Positions 56,904 through 64,000 of a stretch of DNA of 64,000 nucleotides are shown one piece after another. Each line of letters begins with the position of its first letter. Within the stretch, counting starts at the first letter, position 1. The notes under the pieces are model-generated. The model searched no databases. It worked only from the letters and a program-made list of their open reading frames with translations, and was not told the DNA's origin. The stretch covers positions 1 to 64,000 of the IMG/VR virus record IMGVR_UViG_3300009509_000031. One strand, given 5' to 3'. The translations under genes were made by a program, and so were the position numbers. This DNA comes from a virus.

Positions 56904-57273
56904 AATGAACAACCGTTTCAACACACAAATCTGCAATTGTATGTATGTAAAGACTTGCCGTAGAAAACGGCTTACAAGAAACAACATCCAACATAAATCG
57001 ACGCCTATTAGGCCAGCCATGCAAGGCAATATGGCTTGTTGAAATTAGTGCTAATACACTAATACCGCCTTCATCTTCAAACGCTGTTCTGTTCAACTTT
57101 GACAGATCCTCTTTTACGTTACTAACAATCAAATTAAGGATAGTCATACCTGATAGGCTAGCAATCCGATCCACGATAGAACTAAGGCGGCTAGAACTAG
57201 CCAAAACCCCCTTTTCTTCTCTTTTTACAATTCCATCAAGTTCAAAACGATAACGGATCGGATCGTTGTTCAT
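56833..57273 (-). CDS. speD: S-adenosylmethionine decarboxylase proenzyme (pyruvoyl type)
   Basis: GMTIL, GGIS.LALISTSHIALHGWP, MLDVVSCKPF. Confidence 0.88.
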   Translation of the reverse strand: MNNDPIRYRFELDGIVKREEKGVLASSSRLSSIVDRIASLSGMTILNLIVSNVKEDLSKLNRTAFEDEGGISVLALISTSHIALHGWPNRRRFMLDVVSCKPFSTASLYIHTIADLCVETVVHYDVYPKTKLTISNTGDSDIPLIV

Positions 57274-57295
57274 AATTTAACCTCTTTTCGCTAAG

Positions 57296-58225
57296 CTAAG
57301 TTGGAACCAAAGTATCCCCTGTTGTGTTGCTTTCTGGCATAGGATAATCCCGCAACAGTACCAATTCCGTAAACGGATCCGTAATGCCGGTAACATACAA
57401 CTTCTTTTCTTGTTGAAACTTAATTAACGCTCGTTTGCTTTCGTAACCAAATACACCATCTGCACCATACTTAGGCAGACAGTCAGGCTTCCACCTAAGC
57501 AAAGCCTGTTGCCAATCAAGATCTGTTTTCAAATCTTGTTTAGCTGATTCCCGCCAAGAATCAATCCGAGTCATTAAAACATATCCGGGGCAACCTGCTT
57601 TACCAAAATGAGCATGATAAAAGTTACCCTCTGCACCGTAGTTAAACAACTCTGCTAACCACTGGCAGACCTTTGTGTGACCTTCAAGCTGTTTTACAGT
57701 TGGTCCTGTAGCGTAACCTTTATAACCAGGTGCACTAAAGCCGCCCATTACTAACACGGCTACTAGGTGCAAGTTTTCATCACCGTCTGCTAAACCACCA
57801 TAGGCTTGTGCGTATGTTCGATCCAGAATGTTACCTGTAAGCAAAACAATCCCGTCTTTTGGAATACAGATCGGATATACCATTGTTGGCAACGGTTTAC
57901 CTGGTGTGATGTGATTATTCACACCTGTATGATAATTTGCGGTTGCAACCGGATCGTTATCGTTGCGTGATGCGTTATGATGCGTGCACTGGCCTAGAAC
58001 TTCTGAAATTAGTCGTTTAGGCCATCTAAACCTATCCACCTTATATCTACTGTTAGCGGTAGGTATATCAGACCTAACATCCTTCATCCATCCTTCACTA
58101 ACAGCGATCGTTATCGCGTTTTCAACAATATTCAAATCCTTGGTATACTGTTTTGCCCTATCTAACATTGCTTGATCCACCAGTCTTTCAAAATCCTTCC
58201 ATGCAGTATTTACATACCTAGCCAT
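57296..58225 (-). CDS. N-acetylmuramoyl-L-alanine amidase with peptidoglycan-binding domain (endolysin)
   Basis: HH.A, Y..I..DG, H..F.K..CPG zinc ligands; LPKYGADGVFG.E...AL..FQ....L..TGI. Confidence 0.88.
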   Translation of the reverse strand: MARYVNTAWKDFERLVDQAMLDRAKQYTKDLNIVENAITIAVSEGWMKDVRSDIPTANSRYKVDRFRWPKRLISEVLGQCTHHNASRNDNDPVATANYHTGVNNHITPGKPLPTMVYPICIPKDGIVLLTGNILDRTYAQAYGGLADGDENLHLVAVLVMGGFSAPGYKGYATGPTVKQLEGHTKVCQWLAELFNYGAEGNFYHAHFGKAGCPGYVLMTRIDSWRESAKQDLKTDLDWQQALLRWKPDCLPKYGADGVFGYESKRALIKFQQEKKLYVTGITDPFTELVLLRDYPMPESNTTGDTLVPT

Positions 58226-58237
58226 TAAGCACCAATG

Positions 58238-58570
58238 TTAGTCATCTGCAACAGTTTGCCCGTTCCTTGTTCGCTTAAACCGTCTGTTACCGTTATCTGT
58301 TTCACCTTTTGTTGAATCAGCAATTTCTAGCATCACTCGTGTTTTGTATTTTGCGCTCATAGCTTCCAGCAATACACGCAAGGCTTTTGCGATCCTGCCA
58401 GCCTTACCGATTACCTTTCCAGCATCACCGGTACCTGTTTTAACGGTTAAAATTACAGTACCACCGCCTTCACTTACTGTTTGCGATACAGAAACAGCAT
58501 CCGGAGTATCAACCAATTCCATCACAACATCTTTCAACAGCTCTCTCAACTTAAAGTCTTTAGACAACAT
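58238..58570 (-). CDS. khpA: KH-domain RNA-binding protein KhpA (YlqC-like)
   Basis: LVDTPDAVSV, D.GKVIGKAGRIAKALR.LL, RV.LEI; ATG 58570 behind GGAG. Confidence 0.9.
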   Translation of the reverse strand: MLSKDFKLRELLKDVVMELVDTPDAVSVSQTVSEGGGTVILTVKTGTGDAGKVIGKAGRIAKALRVLLEAMSAKYKTRVMLEIADSTKGETDNGNRRFKRTRNGQTVADD

Positions 58571-58616
58571 GATAATTAACTCCAATAGCTGATAACAGTA
58601 TGTAATAAAGCAGCTG

Positions 58617-58625
58617 ATTATACCA
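58617..58625 (-). promoter_or_regulatory. Extended -10 promoter upstream of khpA
   Basis: Minus strand TGGTATAAT (TGn-TATAAT) in the intergenic gap. Confidence 0.6.
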
Positions 58626-58646
58626 TTTTAGAGCAAAAAACTAAAA

Positions 58647-59492
58647 TCAACGCGAATTAAAAAACGAATCTGTTAAAACAAAATCAACAAACCGCTTTGA
58701 CAAATGAGGTAACCATACCGGTCTACTTGCTTCACCAAAAAACAGATCAACCGTTACTTCTTTTGTACAAGCAAACGGTCTGCTTATTGGTGCCAAAGGT
58801 TCATTGTTAGTTGTCCGTAACAGTACCGATCGTAAATCCGGATTTAGCTGATCCAATTTAACAACACCATCCCTAACAGCCATTTCTGAATACAAGAGAG
58901 AGGCAAGTAACAACGCATCAGCAAGGTTACCACCAGGATCATTTTCAGCACTAAGCTTGATCCCGTACTTACTAAAGCACGCTTGCTGCATATCCACCTT
59001 TTCTGCCTTACCGTAACCAGTAACAGCAAGCTTTACAGACAACGGATCGTAAATCCTAAACGGGATCTCTTTATCCCAAAGCCCTTGTTTAATTGCTTCA
59101 ACCAATCCGTGTATTTCATGCAAGCCCCTACTTCGTTTAGAAAAAGCGTATCCCTCAATTGCAACCGCAATCCTACATCCTGGAACCTTAAATGCGTAAT
59201 CACAGATCACACTTAGTGTCCAATCGATCAACACCTTCATTCTGTATTGACTGTTAGACTCTGATCTGCCTGATGGTACTTTCATATAACTAAGCCACTG
59301 TGATTGACGCTTCTGAAGCTGCTTCTTATTTGTCCACCCATGTAAAAAATCAGGGTAGCCATCACGCAATACAGCGATTGCATGGCCGTTCAGTGATGGA
59401 TCAATACCAACACAGATCTTATTTGCTGCTTTAGTAACAGATATGGCCGGCTCAACAACAACAGATCTCAACCGCTTTGCATACTGCATCAA
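58647..59492 (-). CDS. RuvC-like Holliday junction resolvase
   Basis: VGIDPSL, AIEGYAF, P.SVKLAVTGYGKAEKVDM, NLADA. Confidence 0.9.
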   Translation of the reverse strand: MMQYAKRLRSVVVEPAISVTKAANKICVGIDPSLNGHAIAVLRDGYPDFLHGWTNKKQLQKRQSQWLSYMKVPSGRSESNSQYRMKVLIDWTLSVICDYAFKVPGCRIAVAIEGYAFSKRSRGLHEIHGLVEAIKQGLWDKEIPFRIYDPLSVKLAVTGYGKAEKVDMQQACFSKYGIKLSAENDPGGNLADALLLASLLYSEMAVRDGVVKLDQLNPDLRSVLLRTTNNEPLAPISRPFACTKEVTVDLFFGEASRPVWLPHLSKRFVDFVLTDSFFNSR

Positions 59493-59497
59493 GACAC

Positions 59498-60916
59498 CTA
59501 TAGGGCTTTCAATCGCAAGCTTGCTTTTTTCACAAACTTCTTTGACTGTTCAATGCCAATGCTTCGCCTACCTAGCCGCTTACAAGCAACCTGTGTTGTT
59601 CCAACACCCATAAACGGATCAACCACTAGATCCTTTTTCTGGCTATGTCGCTTCAACAACCTTTCAACCAACCACAACGGTTTCTGTGTTGGGTGATCCA
59701 GACGTTCGTTACCTTGACAGATCGGACCTTCAAAGCAGTTATGAACGTATCTAGCACCCTTATTCTTAAACGGCTTAAAATACGGTTTACCCTTCGTTGC
59801 AAACACGATAGCTTCACAACTTGGAAGGTAAACACCATCCCTATTCACAACACCCGGATTCGTTTTATGCCAAATCATAAAACCCTTATAGGTTAGCTTT
59901 GCTGCTTCAATCATTGCTTCATACACGCCGATCGCTTCACCAGGGCAGAATATTTGCAAAGAACTGTTTTTAGCCATCAATGGTGCCCAATCCAAAACCC
60001 ACGAAGCATCAAGGTTATCCCAGTCAAACTCCCCACTATTAACATCTTGCCTTTCGCCGGCGTACCTAATCGTTGAATGTTCCCTATCATAAGGTGGGTC
60101 TGTAAACAGTAGATCAATCTTCCCAGTACAGTGCTCTTTAATCATATTAAAGTGCTCTTGCCACGTACCGTGAAGGATGCTGATTGTCTTTTGAAGTGCC
60201 TTCCCTGCTTTCTTTGCATCCGCTTTACGCTGTTCGTGTTTTTCTTTAGCCTCTTGCTTTAGTTTTTCTTCTTTCTCTTTCCTGCGGATCTCAGATAGCG
60301 CCTTCCTTGCTGCAACATTACGTTCCCTAGTTGTGGCCGCTTCCTGTTCAATCTTACGTTTCTTATTTTCTGGTAGTTCTGCTATCTTCAACAAGTCCCT
60401 AACACTTTGTTCGCTGACACTAAGCACCTTTGCCGCTTCAGCTGTGAACCTTTCAACACTAGCATCAGCTTTTGGCCTACCCCTACCCGCACCACCAACT
60501 TTTGTTTCAGGATGGGCAGCTTCATACTTTTCCCGGTAACGTTTCAACCCATCAGCAACTTCAAGCTTATCAAACCCCTTTCGTTTAATGTTCTCTGCAA
60601 GTTGCATTGTTAGGTTATGCAACTCATCCTTTGGTTTGATAACAACTGCCTTGACTGGAATACCAAGTTGCTTACAAGCCTTTGTTCTTCTAAGGCCAGC
60701 AATAATCACATAAGCACCTTTTTGCTTTTTACTTGGCTTAACAACAATCGGCTGTAGCTGCCCAATTGTTTTAATACTATCTGCGAGTTCTGCAATATCA
60801 CCGTAATCTTGGCGTGCACGCCAGCCTTTTTTGATATCTTTCGGGTTCAGGTTCAATACGATCGTCTTTTCACTCATAACACCCTCTCTTGTTACATCCA
60901 TCTTACAGTTGAACAA
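59498..60916 (-). CDS. ParB N-terminal domain fused to N6A/N4C DNA methyltransferase (beta class)
   Basis: ELADSIK..GQLQPI, IAG.RR, ENI.R; TDPPY, HPTQKP, DPFMGVGTT. Confidence 0.92.
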   Translation of the reverse strand: MFNCKMDVTREGVMSEKTIVLNLNPKDIKKGWRARQDYGDIAELADSIKTIGQLQPIVVKPSKKQKGAYVIIAGLRRTKACKQLGIPVKAVVIKPKDELHNLTMQLAENIKRKGFDKLEVADGLKRYREKYEAAHPETKVGGAGRGRPKADASVERFTAEAAKVLSVSEQSVRDLLKIAELPENKKRKIEQEAATTRERNVAARKALSEIRRKEKEEKLKQEAKEKHEQRKADAKKAGKALQKTISILHGTWQEHFNMIKEHCTGKIDLLFTDPPYDREHSTIRYAGERQDVNSGEFDWDNLDASWVLDWAPLMAKNSSLQIFCPGEAIGVYEAMIEAAKLTYKGFMIWHKTNPGVVNRDGVYLPSCEAIVFATKGKPYFKPFKNKGARYVHNCFEGPICQGNERLDHPTQKPLWLVERLLKRHSQKKDLVVDPFMGVGTTQVACKRLGRRSIGIEQSKKFVKKASLRLKAL

Positions 60917-62697
60917 CCGTTTACTTTCTCAACTAACAACATCTCATCAACAGCCATTAAAACATCTTCGTGGTGTGACACTACCAACTGTTGCTTTAAG
61001 CCAAACTCAGATCCTAGTTTATCGATAACAAGTCCAATAAGTTTTTGCCGGTTATTAGCATCAAGCATCGCAAACACTTCATCTAGCATAATGCTCTGAA
61101 TACTGATCCCCAACATTGACGCCACAAAAAACGCACCGGCTAACCTAACAGCAAAGCTCTGCAACACTTGGCCGCCACCAGATTCCAAAGCAAACGGCCG
61201 TTCCTGTGTTCCATCGTATACAGTAACCATCGGTTCATTTTTCTGCTTTCGTGGTCTAGCAGATCCACAGGAAGAACACAGATCCGTTGACGTAGCTTTT
61301 AACCATATTTCAGAACCACATACCGGACATACTTTTTCAAAGCTTGCAAGTTCTCTATATGCCGCAAACCTGATCCGTTTTGGATAGTCAAGCCGGCTCA
61401 ATATCCAGTTACACCGCGTTTCAACCTTTTCAAGTTCTGATTCCAAAATCTGCGAAGGAATACCTTTGTTGCTACACATCCAATACAGAAACCGCGTTTT
61501 CTTCATTCGGCTTTCAAGCTGCTTTATTTTTTTATTACAGGTTCGGACGGCTTCCTTTGCTTTAGAGATTTGATCAAGCTCTGTTTCAGCTCTTGTTACA
61601 ATCGCTCTAAGATGTTGCTCTTCACCTGCAAGCTGAGAAATTGATCGCCGCACACCAGCAATCTTTTCTTTCAATGTGTTTCGCTTGTCAGTATTTGCCG
61701 GCTGCTTCTTTGTTTGCTTGGCTGCCTTTCTTAGCTCTTGTTGCTTCTTAACGTTAGCCTTTATCTCTTCCTTCAACCCGGTTACTGTAACAACAAACGC
61801 TTTCCGTTTCTTTTCATACGATGCAGCTAACTGTTTACAGGATACAGACAACAAAGGACACATCCCCTTTTTGATCTGTTCCAGTTCTTGCAAAGCTTTT
61901 AACAACTTTTTGTTAAGCCGATCATGTTCATCCTTTAGATCATCAATCCGATCGTTAACATCCTCAGTATGCTTTTCACCTGCTTTTATAACCTGCAACT
62001 GGCCGGATAATTCAAGCTCTGCTTCCCTCGCTTGCTCCAACTGATCAGATACAGCCATAAGTTTCTTTTTTGCTGCTAACAGTCGTTTTGAAATAACCGG
62101 CTTGTCTTTCAACATTTCCGCTTGCACGGCTTTTGTAGCCTGTACTGTTTCACGTTGTGATAATAGTTTTGACGTATCAGCTCGAAACTGATCCGCAAGT
62201 GCTTGCCACATAGCCAATGGTTGAGTCCATCGCCTGAAATACGCTGATTTATCCCCTAACATGAATTGACTGATATCACCCTGCACAAAGTAAGACAGCG
62301 CAATAAAATCATCATACGTCAATCGGATTGCTTCATTGATCAGTGCTTGGCCATCAGCAAGCTTAACCGGCTTTCCATCAAGAGAAATAAAGCCGGTGTT
62401 GTCTACTGTCCTACCGCGTTGAATTGTAATCTGGCCGGCACCTGGTACAGTCAACCCAACCTCCACAACCATATCTTTATCGGCACCATCCGTGATCAGC
62501 TGCACATCACGAACCTTGTGCACGTCTTGCTTTAGTGGAACCTTTCCGTATAAGGCATAACAAATTGCCCTTAACAGTGTGCTCTTACCTGATTCGTTAG
62601 CGCCAACAATCCCGACAACTTTTTTTCCTGATAGGTCAAGTGATACCTCTTTTTTGTAGGCACCAAAATTTCTAAGCATCAAACTATCAACGATCAT
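60892..62697 (-). CDS. Rad50/SbcC-like ATPase
   Basis: GANESGKST, Q-loop FVQG, coiled coil, ESGG signature, LDEVF..LD, VVSH. Confidence 0.93.
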   Translation of the reverse strand: MIVDSLMLRNFGAYKKEVSLDLSGKKVVGIVGANESGKSTLLRAICYALYGKVPLKQDVHKVRDVQLITDGADKDMVVEVGLTVPGAGQITIQRGRTVDNTGFISLDGKPVKLADGQALINEAIRLTYDDFIALSYFVQGDISQFMLGDKSAYFRRWTQPLAMWQALADQFRADTSKLLSQRETVQATKAVQAEMLKDKPVISKRLLAAKKKLMAVSDQLEQAREAELELSGQLQVIKAGEKHTEDVNDRIDDLKDEHDRLNKKLLKALQELEQIKKGMCPLLSVSCKQLAASYEKKRKAFVVTVTGLKEEIKANVKKQQELRKAAKQTKKQPANTDKRNTLKEKIAGVRRSISQLAGEEQHLRAIVTRAETELDQISKAKEAVRTCNKKIKQLESRMKKTRFLYWMCSNKGIPSQILESELEKVETRCNWILSRLDYPKRIRFAAYRELASFEKVCPVCGSEIWLKATSTDLCSSCGSARPRKQKNEPMVTVYDGTQERPFALESGGGQVLQSFAVRLAGAFFVASMLGISIQSIMLDEVFAMLDANNRQKLIGLVIDKLGSEFGLKQQLVVSHHEDVLMAVDEMLLVEKVNGCSTVRWM

Positions 62698-63856
62698 TGT
62701 CTAGCTGCCTTAGTGCTTTTCCAAACAAGTTGAACAGCGCAACACGTTCTGACTTGGATGAAACTTTTGATCGCAGAAACATCAAAGCGGCTTGTTCTGG
62801 ATCCGTTGCAGATATCACTTTTCTCTTTCGTCGCATTCTAACTTTCTTTTCATGTTCAACCAGAATAGGTGGCGCAATCTGCACAAACCGTGCACCATCA
62901 GAGTACAACCAATTTCTTACTTCCGACCAATCAACAACAGAATATCGATCAACGTAAGAAACAACCTTCACAACAGACCATTGAAAGCAACACCGGCTTT
63001 CATGATTAGCAAGCTCTTCAATCACTTCATCCGTTGTTTTTGCTCGATTCAAACGGTTACTACCAGAAGCATCAACAACCAGTTCCAGCAAGTTCAGTGC
63101 CGTTGTTCTCACATACCGAGTAACATGAACAGCACCTTTAGTTGTCGTTACCAGCCCAAAATATCGTGGTTGTCCTGCTTCATCAAAACGCAACCGATCA
63201 GCTGCACCAATAACCTCTATTCGATTACCGATTGTTTGCGGTGTGTGGATATGGCCGGCAATTGTTGTGCAGGTAATACAATCAGGCAACACATAATCTG
63301 CACCACGATACACAAATTCTTGGTTGCCTAGTGATGCACCTGTCACGTTCAAATGAGAGAAACACACACTGGTGTAACTACCATCTAGCCGCCTTAATGC
63401 GTGTTCAACATCTTCGTTATACTCTGTTGCAGAATCGTAAATCCCGGATGATGGAAACGGCAACAGGATTAGATTGACATCTAACTTACAATCATCTGCA
63501 GGTTGAAACACTAACGGCCGATCAACAATCCAGGGATTGGATTTCTGTGATCCTGCTTTTAGATACTGCAAAGCAAACGGTGTTGATTCCCTAGCCATAG
63601 CTTCATGATTCCCGCCCAAAATAAACAACGGGATCTTTGCCCGATCAAACTCATTACACCACTGTGCAACCAGTTTTCTATCTGCTTCAGTTGGTATTGG
63701 CCTGTCAAACACATCCCCTAACTGAATAGCCGTATCAACAGAATACCGTTTACAAAACGAAACAAACTCCCACATACTGTTTCGTATAGAGTCCGATAGG
63801 CTGTAACCGTATAGTGATCGGCCTAAATGCAGATCGCCTATTACACCAATGTTCAT
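62687..63856 (-). CDS. Mre11/SbcD-like nuclease
   Basis: GDLHLG, GDVFD, GNHE, GHIHTPQ; ATG at 63856 (TAATG overlap). Confidence 0.93.
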   Translation of the reverse strand: MNIGVIGDLHLGRSLYGYSLSDSIRNSMWEFVSFCKRYSVDTAIQLGDVFDRPIPTEADRKLVAQWCNEFDRAKIPLFILGGNHEAMARESTPFALQYLKAGSQKSNPWIVDRPLVFQPADDCKLDVNLILLPFPSSGIYDSATEYNEDVEHALRRLDGSYTSVCFSHLNVTGASLGNQEFVYRGADYVLPDCITCTTIAGHIHTPQTIGNRIEVIGAADRLRFDEAGQPRYFGLVTTTKGAVHVTRYVRTTALNLLELVVDASGSNRLNRAKTTDEVIEELANHESRCCFQWSVVKVVSYVDRYSVVDWSEVRNWLYSDGARFVQIAPPILVEHEKKVRMRRKRKVISATDPEQAALMFLRSKVSSKSERVALFNLFGKALRQLDNDR

Positions 63857-64000
63857 TACCCTAACTCGTTTTCTGCGAACCAATCGAACACAACAAGCGT
63901 TCCTGATGTACCAATCTCATAAACTTCACTGTCATCATGAATAGCGCGTTTTGGGATCCAGAACTGGCCGGTGTCTTTTAGGTGTGGTTGTTTCTCATTA
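63856..64000 (-). CDS. Partial small phage protein (C-terminus)
   Basis: Manual translation ...NEKQPHLKDTGQFWIPKRAIHDDSEVYEIGTSGTLVVFDWFAENELG*. Confidence 0.65.
   Translation of the reverse strand, partial: NEKQPHLKDTGQFWIPKRAIHDDSEVYEIGTSGTLVVFDWFAENELG

Noticed and set aside
59498-63856. Bacterial defence island (Wadjet/Lamassu-like SMC plus nuclease plus MTase)
   Set aside because: Mre11-Rad50 plus RuvC is the usual phage recombination module; no kleisin, KITE or effector genes
1-64000. Stop-codon reassignment (alternative genetic code)
   Set aside because: Core genes are full length in the standard code, and TAA, TAG and TGA all end genes at sensible boundaries

Overview
A 64-kb segment of a tailed dsDNA phage with a contractile tail (myovirus-like), roughly 40% GC by eye, standard genetic code. 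Almost every gene is on the minus strand. In transcription order (right to left): Mre11/Rad50 (SbcD/SbcC) pair, ParB-DNA methyltransferase fusion, RuvC-like resolvase; a block with its own promoter encoding KhpA, amidase endolysin, SAM decarboxylase and RlpA-like transglycosylase; about 25 small hypothetical genes; a TerS-like HTH gene followed by a ~330-bp non-coding locus with 11-bp-phased TTAA motifs and G-tracts; a second cluster of small genes ending at the only convincing plus-strand gene (tandem ribbon-helix-helix regulator); then the morphogenesis region (TerL, portal, MuF, prohead protease, scaffold, major capsid, a ~7-kb decoration/fibre block, neck, sheath, tube, frameshifted chaperones, tape measure, baseplate) ending in a tandem array of paralogous tail-associated genes that runs off the left edge. 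No tRNA, rRNA, CRISPR array, integrase, transposase or reverse transcriptase was seen. Best leads: a prohead protease apparently split across two genes with a promoter at the split, a shared C-terminal FWGGxF tag, the phased TTAA/G-tract locus beside TerS, a ~2.7-kb duplicated gene-pair array, a phage-borne KhpA in a cell-wall operon, and enrichment of GATC/CTAG. All family calls come from motif recognition by eye; no searches were run.
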